Shown here piece by piece: positions 14,748 to 23,152 of a stretch of 34,887 nucleotides of DNA (position 1 is the first letter of the stretch; each line of letters starts with the position of its first letter). The notes under the pieces are model-generated. The model saw only the letters and a list, made by a program, of their open reading frames with translations, was not told the origin of the DNA and searched no databases. The stretch comes from a virus. Taxonomy: Duplodnaviria > Caudoviricetes. A program made the translations under genes and the position numbers. The stretch lies in IMG/VR virus record IMGVR_UViG_3300049859_000037, positions 1 to 34,887 of that record. One strand, 5' to 3'.

Positions 14748-15784
14748 ACGTCCTGCTTCTCACCAGCCACAGCATCGCCGAATACGACGACCTACGGATG
14801 CTGACGGACCTTGGATACGACGTGTTCAGCATCGGGGCGTACACCGACCCGAGCAGCCCGACCGACGACAAGCGGCCAGCCCTGCCGAACGCGCCGTACT
14901 TCCCGGAACTCGCCGCCCGCTGCGACGAACAGCGCCAGCGACACGCCAACGACGACGCTCGCTTCGTCATCGACTGGGCCAAGGGTGACTTGCACCCGGA
15001 CCTCATCGACTGGGCCGACGCCATCATCGTCCACCACTTCCCGGAAGCGTGGATCGTGGCCCAGTGGCCTCGGTTCAAGGGCCGTCGGGTCATCTGGCGG
15101 ACGTGCGGGCAGAGCAGCCCGGACGGGTCGCTGGAACGGCTCATGGCCCCGCTCGTGCCGCAAGGGCTGGAGATCGTCCGCTACTCGCCCCGGGAGATGG
15201 CGATCCCGGGCTTCGCGGGTGAGTCCGCGCTCATCCGGTTTGGGAAGTACCCGGGCGACTACGCGCCGTGGATCGGCGATGACCTGGTGGTGGGCAACGT
15301 CACGCAACACATGGCCCAGCGCGGCGACGCGTGCGGCTACGGCTTCTGGATGGATGCCACCGCTGGCCTCCCGACGAAGCCCGCCGGTCCCGGCTCGGAG
15401 GTCCTGCCGGGTGGTATCGGGGGGCTCGGATACGCGGAGATGCTGGACTATCTCCGACACGTGCGGGTCTACCTCTACACGGGGACGCAGCCTGCGAGCT
15501 ACACGCTCGGCCTGATGGAGGCGATGCTCGCCGGAGTCCCGGTCGTCAGCATCCGGCCAGAGCAGTTCGGCTGGGCCGCCGACCTGTTCGAAGGGCACAC
15601 GATGGCCCAGTGGTCGTCCTCCACGCCCGAGGGAGCGAAGAGCCTACTCCGCTATCAACTGGAGCAGAAGCTCTGGGACCCACCGACGCAGGACGGCTGG
15701 CACAACCAGAACGCCCGGGCGCGGGCGGTCGAACTCTTCGGCGTCGAGATGGTCGGCGCGCATTGGAAGGCGTTCCTCGGATGA
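14744..15784 (+). CDS. Glycosyltransferase, GT-B fold (GT4-like) 1
   Basis: MNVLLL N-terminal strand, and YTLGLMEAMLAGVPVVS nucleotide-sugar binding motif. Confidence 0.82.
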   Translation: MNVLLLTSHSIAEYDDLRMLTDLGYDVFSIGAYTDPSSPTDDKRPALPNAPYFPELAARCDEQRQRHANDDARFVIDWAKGDLHPDLIDWADAIIVHHFPEAWIVAQWPRFKGRRVIWRTCGQSSPDGSLERLMAPLVPQGLEIVRYSPREMAIPGFAGESALIRFGKYPGDYAPWIGDDLVVGNVTQHMAQRGDACGYGFWMDATAGLPTKPAGPGSEVLPGGIGGLGYAEMLDYLRHVRVYLYTGTQPASYTLGLMEAMLAGVPVVSIRPEQFGWAADLFEGHTMAQWSSSTPEGAKSLLRYQLEQKLWDPPTQDGWHNQNARARAVELFGVEMVGAHWKAFLG

Positions 15785-16824
15785 GGGTCCTCATCGACTA
15801 CCACCACCACGATCTCTATGAGTCGATGGAACTGCTCTGCGCCCGGCTCGGCTGGACGCTGTATCGGCCCATCGGGATGGACTGGTTCGACCAGGAGTAC
15901 TGGAACTTCGAACGGACGTGGCACGGCGACGCGGTAGCTCGCCAGTATCTCCAGCCGTGGCACGACGACGAACCGGGCCGCCGCTGGGATGCCGGCCATG
16001 AGCGATGGCAGAACACCCTGACGCTGGCCGAGGCGCGCACCGTCCGACCGGATATCGTCATCGCCTCGGTGGCGCACAACCACGAGGGGCTACACCGGTT
16101 CGCCAAGGAAGTCGGCGCGACCTTCGGCATCCATCTCGGGAACGTCCGCTTTAGCCCCATCGACATGGCCGAGGACCGCTGGGACCTTGCCGAGTTCGGG
16201 ATCGTCACGACGATGCTCCCGGCCCCGGTGGACAAGCCCCACGTCACCGTCCACCAAGAGTTCAGCCTCGCGGACTTCCGGTACGAACCGGCGACGCCGG
16301 GCGACCGGCTCCGGGTCAACTCGTTCGTCAACTGCTTCGCGGAGAACGAGCGCGGCTACGCGCAGTTCGTGGAGACGGCGGCGATGCTGCCCGAACACGA
16401 CTGGGGCGTCTATGGGTCCTACGGCTCCAAGCCGGAGGACAGCTTCGCGCGCGGCAACCTCCACCGCTGCGCCGACGTGGCGTCCGCGATGCGGGCCTCG
16501 GACATCGCGTGGCACACGAAGCAATGGTCGGACGGGTTCGGGTTCGTCATCCATAACTGGTTCGCGGTGGGCCGTCCGGTCCTCGGCTATGAGTGGTACT
16601 ACCGCTCGCAGCTGGCCGGGCCGCTCTGGCAGGAAGGCGTGACTTCCTTCGATCTCACGGACAAGACGCCGCACGAGGTAGGCAACCTGCTCTCGGAACT
16701 CCAGCGGGAGCCGGAGCGGATCGTGACCATGGGCGCAGCGGCGGCGGCGCGCTTCCGCGAGGTGGTCGATTACGACGAAGAGGAACAGGCCATCCGGGCG
16801 ATGTTCGCGGCGGTCCTGCCATGA
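15781..16824 (+). CDS. Glycosyltransferase, GT-B fold (divergent GT4-like) 2
   Basis: MRVLID, RPDIVI, ASDIAWHTK..DGFGFVIHNWFAVGRPVL (variant of EGFG...EA.A.G.PV), and MG.AA..RF ending. Confidence 0.75.
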   Translation: MRVLIDYHHHDLYESMELLCARLGWTLYRPIGMDWFDQEYWNFERTWHGDAVARQYLQPWHDDEPGRRWDAGHERWQNTLTLAEARTVRPDIVIASVAHNHEGLHRFAKEVGATFGIHLGNVRFSPIDMAEDRWDLAEFGIVTTMLPAPVDKPHVTVHQEFSLADFRYEPATPGDRLRVNSFVNCFAENERGYAQFVETAAMLPEHDWGVYGSYGSKPEDSFARGNLHRCADVASAMRASDIAWHTKQWSDGFGFVIHNWFAVGRPVLGYEWYYRSQLAGPLWQEGVTSFDLTDKTPHEVGNLLSELQREPERIVTMGAAAAARFREVVDYDEEEQAIRAMFAAVLP

Positions 16825-18074
16825 AGGTCCTGATGCTCGGGCACTGGAGCCACACTGGCTTCGGTGTCGTCACAGAAGCCCTGGGAAGCCGCTTCGTGGG
16901 GCAAGGGCACGATGTACGCATCCTCGCCATGAACCACCGTGGCGAGCCGGTACGCGGTCCCCTGGCGGGCCGAGTGTGGCCGCTGGAGACGCTGCAACGC
17001 TACTTCGGCGGGAACATCCCGGGGTCCGCCATGGATGGCAGCCTATGGGGCCGACTGGAGACGGCTGACGACTGGAAAGCGGACGTGGTCCTGGTCATCG
17101 CGGATATGTCGGGCCTGCTCGGCTACGTCGGCCAGCTGACCCCGGATAGCCCGTGGCTCAAGGTGCCCATCTGGCACTACTGCCCGATCGAGGGCGACAA
17201 TCTGACGCCGCAGTGGCGCGATGTCTGGAAGCTCTTCCGTCCGGTGGCGATGTCGCTCTACGGAGCGAAGGTCATCGGCGACTTCACCGGCCAGCCCGTG
17301 CCGATGCTCTATCACGGCGTTGATGCCGAGAACTTCCGGCCCGTGTCGGTCGAACGGCCCATCCATTACGACGGGAAGAAACTCCGCTCCAAGGCCGCGT
17401 GCAAGTCGCACTTCGGATTGGACCCGGAGCGGACGCTCCTGTTCCGCTCGGACCGACTGGTGGAGCGGAAGTTCTATGATCGGTTCGTGGCGGCGATGGT
17501 GCCCATCCTGCAAGCCTGCCCGGACACCGACGTTCTCATCCACTGCCGGCCCATCGATGAGGGGCTGGACCTGTACCAGGAACTCCGGCGCGTGCCGGAG
17601 GACCTGCTCGGACGTTTCAAGCTATCCAACGGCCACGATTCATTCCGAGGGCTGCCGCCTGAGGGATTGGCCGCACTCATCAACGCGGCGGATATCTACG
17701 TCAGCACGACGGGCGGCGAGGGCTTCGGCCTGAACCTGGCCGAGGCGCTGGCGTGCGAGGTCCCGGTGGTCGTCACGGACTGGGCCGCCGAGTCCGAAGT
17801 GGTGGCCGAGGGCGGTGTCCTAATCCCGCCGTTGACCGATACCTACGGCGAGCCGGTCCGCTACCACTCCCGGTTCGGGATGGACTGGGTCGTGCCGGAT
17901 GCACGCGGGTTCGTGGAACCGGTCATCTCACTCATCAACGATCCCGCCCGACGGGCCGCACTCGGAGCGGCTGGGCGCAAGCACGTCATGGCCTCGTTCG
18001 ATTGGGACGCGTGTGCGTCCGACTTTCTGACCCTCTTCGAAGGAACCACGAATGCCGATCGTCTCGCTAGCTGA
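16821..18074 (+). CDS. Glycosyltransferase family 4 (GT-B) 3
   Basis: TGFG, YHGVD...F.P, NAADIYVSTTGGEGFGLNLAEALACEVPVV and F.WD ending. Confidence 0.92.
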   Translation: MKVLMLGHWSHTGFGVVTEALGSRFVGQGHDVRILAMNHRGEPVRGPLAGRVWPLETLQRYFGGNIPGSAMDGSLWGRLETADDWKADVVLVIADMSGLLGYVGQLTPDSPWLKVPIWHYCPIEGDNLTPQWRDVWKLFRPVAMSLYGAKVIGDFTGQPVPMLYHGVDAENFRPVSVERPIHYDGKKLRSKAACKSHFGLDPERTLLFRSDRLVERKFYDRFVAAMVPILQACPDTDVLIHCRPIDEGLDLYQELRRVPEDLLGRFKLSNGHDSFRGLPPEGLAALINAADIYVSTTGGEGFGLNLAEALACEVPVVVTDWAAESEVVAEGGVLIPPLTDTYGEPVRYHSRFGMDWVVPDARGFVEPVISLINDPARRAALGAAGRKHVMASFDWDACASDFLTLFEGTTNADRLAS

Positions 18075-18699
18075 ACTCAAGACGTACCTCGGCCTCACTG
18101 GGACCGGGGATGACCAACTCCTGTCGGCGTGTCTGGTGAATGCCGAGGCACGGCTGGAGCGGGACACGGGGCGGACGTTCGCCTACTCATCCAACGTCAC
18201 CCGGACCTACTCGACGGACGGTCAGGCGTCGCTCGTCATCCGTGACGTGCCGTCGTATGGGAGCAATACCCGCGTGGTCACGCTGGGCGGGGTCACCCTG
18301 ACGGACGGGACCGGCTATTGGCTGCTCCCCGACCGGCGCAATCCTGACGTGTCGGTCACGATCCAGCTTCGCTATTACGACACGAGCCGACCGGACTGGT
18401 ACAAGGCCGACCCGGACTGGTGGGATAAGAACCTGGACAACGCCCGCTACACGTCAGGCGGCGCACCGAATGACCTTGTCATCAGCGGCACGGAGGGCCA
18501 CGCCTTGCCGGTCCCGGGCGACGTGGTCGGCATGGAGACGGTCATGGCGGCGCTCCTGTACTGGCAGGCCAAGAGCGGGGCGAGCGGCACTGTCTCGACG
18601 CCGACCGGCGAAACCATCGACCTGTCACAGGACCCGGTCGGGTATGACCAGTTCGTCAAGGACTGGCGCATCAGGACAGGCGTGGCGTCCGTTGGCTAA
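18052..18699 (+). CDS. Head-tail adaptor (HK97 gp6 / SPP1 gp15-like)
   Basis: VSLAELKTYLG....DDQLL..CL..AE..LE..TGR N-terminus, and position. Confidence 0.8.
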   Translation: MPIVSLAELKTYLGLTGTGDDQLLSACLVNAEARLERDTGRTFAYSSNVTRTYSTDGQASLVIRDVPSYGSNTRVVTLGGVTLTDGTGYWLLPDRRNPDVSVTIQLRYYDTSRPDWYKADPDWWDKNLDNARYTSGGAPNDLVISGTEGHALPVPGDVVGMETVMAALLYWQAKSGASGTVSTPTGETIDLSQDPVGYDQFVKDWRIRTGVASVG

Positions 18700-19138
18700 G
18701 GTGCAAGGGATGGATGCCCTACTCCATCGGCTCGACGCCATCGGGGAGCCCAAGCCCCTGCTCCGGGCGCTCCAGCTTGCCACCATCCACGAGGCGCAAG
18801 CCTTGGTGCCTCGGAAGACCGGCCTGCTCCAGCGGCGCATCATCCCGGGCGCTGTCACCAACGATCACGCCATCGTCAAGGCGGACACGCCGTACGCGGC
18901 CCCAGTGGAGTTCGGTTCCAAGCCCCACATCATCCGCCCGAGGAACGGGAAAGTCCTCGCGTGGGGCGGTGCGCGGCGGCTCTCCGGGCGGCTCCGGTCC
19001 GGGGCCAGCCCGACCAACTTCGCGACGATCGTCCACCATCCCGGCTCCCGACCTCACCCGTACCTCATCCCCGGGGCCAAGAAAGCCGCCGGGAAGCTGA
19101 AAGATATCATCGTGGCCCAGTGGAACTCGGCGGCCTGA
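18692..19138 (+). CDS. HK97 gp10-like neck/tail-completion protein
   Basis: VQGMDAL, AQALVPRKTGLL, YAAPVEFG and HHPG.RPHPYL.P motifs. TTG start at 18692. Confidence 0.85.
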   Translation: MAKVQGMDALLHRLDAIGEPKPLLRALQLATIHEAQALVPRKTGLLQRRIIPGAVTNDHAIVKADTPYAAPVEFGSKPHIIRPRNGKVLAWGGARRLSGRLRSGASPTNFATIVHHPGSRPHPYLIPGAKKAAGKLKDIIVAQWNSAA

Positions 19139-19139
19139 G

Positions 19140-19568
19140 ATGCCTACCTCTACCTTCCGAGTCGATCTCGTGGCAGGGTTCGGGACGATGATGGCGGCCT
19201 ACATCGCGGCCAACCCGACCAAGCTCGTGCGCCACCACCGCTCCATCCCAGCGGCCTTCCAGGACTTCCCGTGTTCGTATCTCGACGTGCGGCCCGAGAC
19301 GGTCAGGCACGCGAACGGCCTCCGTGACCGGGTGACCAACCCGAGCATCGTCGTCGTGACCCGGCTGACAGACAACGGCGAGACGACCGATATCCACGAC
19401 GTCCTCGTTGACTCCCTGACGGACTGGTTCACGAGTTACCCGCACATCGTGACCGGGACAATCTGGGATGAGATGACGATCGCGGACGAAGCGGCAGGCG
19501 ACGACAACCAGTTCGTGGCTACGCGGTTCACGTTCGCCAATATCAGCATCGCGGAAGGCCGCACCTAA
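19140..19568 (+). CDS. Probable tail terminator
   Basis: 142 aa with a FP motif, located between the gp10-like gene and the tail tube gene. Confidence 0.6.
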   Translation: MPTSTFRVDLVAGFGTMMAAYIAANPTKLVRHHRSIPAAFQDFPCSYLDVRPETVRHANGLRDRVTNPSIVVVTRLTDNGETTDIHDVLVDSLTDWFTSYPHIVTGTIWDEMTIADEAAGDDNQFVATRFTFANISIAEGRT

Positions 19569-19609
19569 CGCTCGCAGCCCCGGCCCGCTCTGGGCCGACA
19601 GTCCATCGA

Positions 19610-19637
19610 AAGCTCGCCCGCACAGGCGGGCTTTTTT
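19610..19637 (+). terminator. Rho-independent terminator before the tail tube gene
   Basis: AAGCTCGCC-loop-GGCGGGCTTTTTT. Confidence 0.75.
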
Positions 19638-19664
19638 CGTGCCCAGAGAGAAAGGGACGCGCAC

Positions 19665-20690
19665 ATGGCACAGGGGTTCACTCGGTTTCGGAAGCTCCAG
19701 GTGGGAAAGCAGACGGTCATCGAGACTGCCGTCGCTGCCACCCGGGTCCTCCCCTACCGATCGCTCATCGTCTACAACCCGAACCGGACCGATCCGGACA
19801 TCGACGTGGGGTCACTCGATCCCATCATCGCGCCGTACATGGTGGCTCCCGAGGTCACCCTTCCCGGGGCCGCCGGACCGCTGACATTCAACGACCTCGC
19901 CATCCGCCTCTCGGCTGCCATCAAGGGCGGCGTGTCTCCGACCGGGTCCGCTGGTGCGGGCTATACCTGGACGTTCACGGCGGCCAGCCTGACGGCGGAC
20001 TCGTTCGACTATTACTCCGTCCAGACGGGCGATGACACGTCCGACTCGGCAGGGGCTGGGACGAACGGCTTCGGGGCCGTCATCAACCAGTTTAGCCAAA
20101 CGATGGAGGAAGGCCTCGGCCCATGGACGGTCAGCGATGACTGGATCATGGCGGGCGCGACCTACGGCAACCGGACCGGCGGCCTGAATGTTGACGCCAA
20201 TCCGAAGTTCGTCTTCGGCGCGGACACCGCGTTCTATCTCAACTCCGTCGCTGGGGCGATCGGGGCCACGCAAATCCTCGCTGCCGTCCGTGGCGCGACG
20301 CTGACGGTCAACAACAACCTGGATCAGAAGCGGTTCGCGGACGGCTCCAATACCCGCTTCCAGTTGAGCGCGTTCGGGCGTGGTCTGCGTGAGATCACCT
20401 TGGAACTCGTCCTAGAGAAGACGACCCAGACCATCGCGGAACTCGTGACCTTCGATGACACGCCGACCCCGAACCGGTATATCAAGATCGCGACCAACTC
20501 GCTGGAACTGGCGGGCACCGTGACCACCTGTTACGCGGAGTTCTACCTCCCGATGCGGCTCTATGAAGTGAGCGATGGGGAGATCGAGAACAACGCGAAC
20601 ATCACCCTCACGTATCGCGGCTTCTATGACACGACGCTGGGCTATGCGTTCAAGGCGATCGTGTTGAACAGTCTCTCCACCCTCCCGTAA
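19665..20690 (+). CDS. Major tail tube protein
   Basis: LQVGKQT, YTWTF and TLTVNNNL motifs, with a position upstream of the chaperone and tape measure genes. Confidence 0.82.
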   Translation: MAQGFTRFRKLQVGKQTVIETAVAATRVLPYRSLIVYNPNRTDPDIDVGSLDPIIAPYMVAPEVTLPGAAGPLTFNDLAIRLSAAIKGGVSPTGSAGAGYTWTFTAASLTADSFDYYSVQTGDDTSDSAGAGTNGFGAVINQFSQTMEEGLGPWTVSDDWIMAGATYGNRTGGLNVDANPKFVFGADTAFYLNSVAGAIGATQILAAVRGATLTVNNNLDQKRFADGSNTRFQLSAFGRGLREITLELVLEKTTQTIAELVTFDDTPTPNRYIKIATNSLELAGTVTTCYAEFYLPMRLYEVSDGEIENNANITLTYRGFYDTTLGYAFKAIVLNSLSTLP

Positions 20691-20703
20691 ACCATGAAAG
20701 GCG

Positions 20704-21159
20704 ATGCTCGCTATGCCTGATACCGTACCTGTTCGCTTCCGGGATTGCTCGTGTCCCGGAAGCCCTCACCCCGAGGGCGACGTGGCCGAGCTTCGGCCAT
20801 ACCTGGACTACCCGGGCGGAGCCGAGGCGTTGGCGGCCATCGCGTCCGTCGCCGACGACCCGGACCGCTTCGCGGAAGTCCTCGGCCCGATCTTCATTCG
20901 TCGCGGCGTGGTCGGCTGGAACGTCCTCGATGCCGAAGGTGACCCCGTCCCGGTCACCCGTGAGGCACTGGACGCCCTCCGCTGGGAGGATGCCTACGAA
21001 CTGGCCGACCGCGCCGACGACCTCTATGGAGGGCAGGTACTCGCCCCTTTAGTCAAGCGGATGGCGAAACCCTCGCCGACTGGGCGGACCGGCGCATCAA
21101 CCCGAACGCGCCGGAAGTCATCGCCGAAGCCCCGAACGCTGTCCGCACCATCCTCCTAG
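20704..21159 (+). CDS. Tail assembly chaperone (gpG-like)
   Basis: VVGWNVLDAEGDPVPVT.E.L motif, and position. Confidence 0.82.
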   Translation: MLAMPDTVPVRFRDCSCPGSPHPEGDVAELRPYLDYPGGAEALAAIASVADDPDRFAEVLGPIFIRRGVVGWNVLDAEGDPVPVTREALDALRWEDAYELADRADDLYGGQVLAPLVKRMAKPSPTGRTGASTRTRRKSSPKPRTLSAPSS

Positions 21160-21350
21160 CCGAGTTCGGCGTCCGCCCCGAGTCCTACATCGAGGCCGCC
21201 GGGCTACTCCGGCTGCTCTATGAGCGGGAGTACGGCATACAGGACCGAGTCAAGCAGCGCGAAGAGGAACTAGCCGAGGCGCAGCTGGCGCACCGCTACG
21301 CCCGCGCCAAGCGCCAGATACCCATCGACTCAGATTACGTCCCGGAGTGA
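21045..21350 (+). CDS. -1 frameshift extension of the tail assembly chaperone (gpGT-like)
   Basis: Slippery heptamer C CCT TTA at 21045-21051. The -1 frame stays open to TGA 21348-21350, just before the tape measure gene. Confidence 0.8.
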   Translation, partial: PFSQADGETLADWADRRINPNAPEVIAEAPNAVRTILLAEFGVRPESYIEAAGLLRLLYEREYGIQDRVKQREEELAEAQLAHRYARAKRQIPIDSDYVPE

Positions 21351-21353
21351 TTG

Positions 21354-23150
21354 ATGGCGTTCGCTGAAACCGCAAACCTGGCCGTCACGCTGACCCTTGG
21401 CGGCAACTTCAACTCCCAGCTCGCCAAGACGCGGGCTGGGCTTCGCGGTTTTGATAAAGACGCCTCGCGCGCCTATAAGGCGGGAACGCAGATCGGGACC
21501 GGCATCAAGCGCGGGACCGTCCTAGCCATCGCGGGCATCGGCGCGCTGACGGCCCTGATGGCGCAGTCCGTCAAGGAAGGGCAGGAGGCCGCGAACGTCC
21601 AACTCGTCTTCGCGAACTCCATCAAGAAGTCGGGCAAGGTCAGCGAGGACTACGTCACGATCCTCAACGATCAGCAGAAAGCCCTGATGGAACTCGCGGG
21701 CGTGGATGACGAACTCATCAAGAAGGAACAGACGCGCCTGATCCAGATGGGCCTGACCGGGAAGCAGGTAGCCAAGGCGACACCGCTCATCCTGGACTTC
21801 GCGAAGGCGACCGGTATCGACCTCCTGACCGCGACCAAGCTCTTCGGCAAGGCAGCCCAGGGCAACACGGGCGCGCTGTCCAGGTACGGCGTTCAGATCG
21901 ACAAGGCCAAGGCCAAGGTTGACCCGTTCGGTGCGGCCATCGATGCCCTGAACGGCAAGTTCGGCGGGACGACGAAGGCACTCTCCGGCCAACTGGATAC
22001 GCGGCTGGCGGCATTCAAGGAAGGGCTGGCGAATATCCGCGAAGAGGCGGGTATGAAGCTCCTCCCCGTCCTCACGCGGATCGTTGACGTGGCTGGGAAG
22101 CAGCTAGTCCCCGCGTTCGCCAAGTTCATCGATCGCATCCTGCCGGATATCGAGGCCGGGCTCAACTCGTTCGCTGACCTACTCGATAACGGCGGGGCGG
22201 CCAAGGGCATCGAGGCCATCACCGACGCACTCGGCCCGATGGTCGCCTTGGTCAAGGCCAGCGCGGCTCCGGTCAAGGCCATCGTCGGCGCGTTCAACGC
22301 ACTCCCGAAGGAAGTCCAGACCGTCCTCGTGGGCGCGTTCGCCGTGAACAAGCTAACCGGCGGACTGGTCACCAACGCGATTGGCGCGGCCATCGGCGGC
22401 GTCCTGAAGACGATGACCGTGCAGGCTGGCGTAGTGAACGTCAACGGTGGCGTCACGGGCGGCGGTGGCGGACTGCCCGGTGGCGCTGGTGCGGCTGGCG
22501 GGCTAGTGGCCGCCCTCGGCACGGCGACCTTGGCCCTGGCAGCTGGGGCGGCTGCGTACTACGCGGTGGCTACCAGCGGCGCTGGTAGCCCGGGAGCCGA
22601 CCCGACGTCCGTCAATAACGCGGTCAAGTCTGGCACGATGACCTTCAATGGCCGCGTCTTCGTGACCAACCCGAAAGCCATCTCGGCTGGCATCGAGTCA
22701 GCCGTCAACGCGGGCAACATCGCGGCTCGTGGTAACGGGAAACACTTTAACGCCATCGCGACCGCTCTCGCCGGTATCAAGGCGCGGGCCATGGCCGCTG
22801 GCAAGAACCCGACCGACAAGCAAGTCCAAGCGACGCTGGAGCGGAACCAGGCGCGGGCGGCGGCAGCTGCGGCCATCGCCAGTCGCAAGGCAGCGGAGAT
22901 CAAGGCCGAGCAGATCAGGACCACGGCGGAGGCGCGCGACACGGACAACTCGGTTCGGCGCGGGACCACGGCGGTATCCGGCACGGTGCGGACCGGCACG
23001 GGTCAGGTGGTCGGAGCCATCCGGGCCAATCGACCCATCATTACGACCATCGTCAACGTCAACGCGACGACCGTTCAGAAGAGCGTCACCGTGGTGGAGC
23101 GGTACGGCACGACGGGCGGCTCCCGCAATAACGACGACCACGGCAAGTAG
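21354..23150 (+). CDS. Tape measure protein
   Basis: Ala/Gly-rich helical protein with LFGKAAQGNTGALSRYG and FGG motifs, following the chaperone pair. Confidence 0.9.
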   Translation: MAFAETANLAVTLTLGGNFNSQLAKTRAGLRGFDKDASRAYKAGTQIGTGIKRGTVLAIAGIGALTALMAQSVKEGQEAANVQLVFANSIKKSGKVSEDYVTILNDQQKALMELAGVDDELIKKEQTRLIQMGLTGKQVAKATPLILDFAKATGIDLLTATKLFGKAAQGNTGALSRYGVQIDKAKAKVDPFGAAIDALNGKFGGTTKALSGQLDTRLAAFKEGLANIREEAGMKLLPVLTRIVDVAGKQLVPAFAKFIDRILPDIEAGLNSFADLLDNGGAAKGIEAITDALGPMVALVKASAAPVKAIVGAFNALPKEVQTVLVGAFAVNKLTGGLVTNAIGAAIGGVLKTMTVQAGVVNVNGGVTGGGGGLPGGAGAAGGLVAALGTATLALAAGAAAYYAVATSGAGSPGADPTSVNNAVKSGTMTFNGRVFVTNPKAISAGIESAVNAGNIAARGNGKHFNAIATALAGIKARAMAAGKNPTDKQVQATLERNQARAAAAAAIASRKAAEIKAEQIRTTAEARDTDNSVRRGTTAVSGTVRTGTGQVVGAIRANRPIITTIVNVNATTVQKSVTVVERYGTTGGSRNNDDHGK

Positions 23151-23152
23151 CG

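Noticed and set aside
15331-15780. Long N-terminal extensions in the ORF track (also 16593, 10800, 24448, 30719, 34253)
   Set aside because: They overlap upstream genes out of frame. Internal ATGs with stop/start overlaps give the credible starts.
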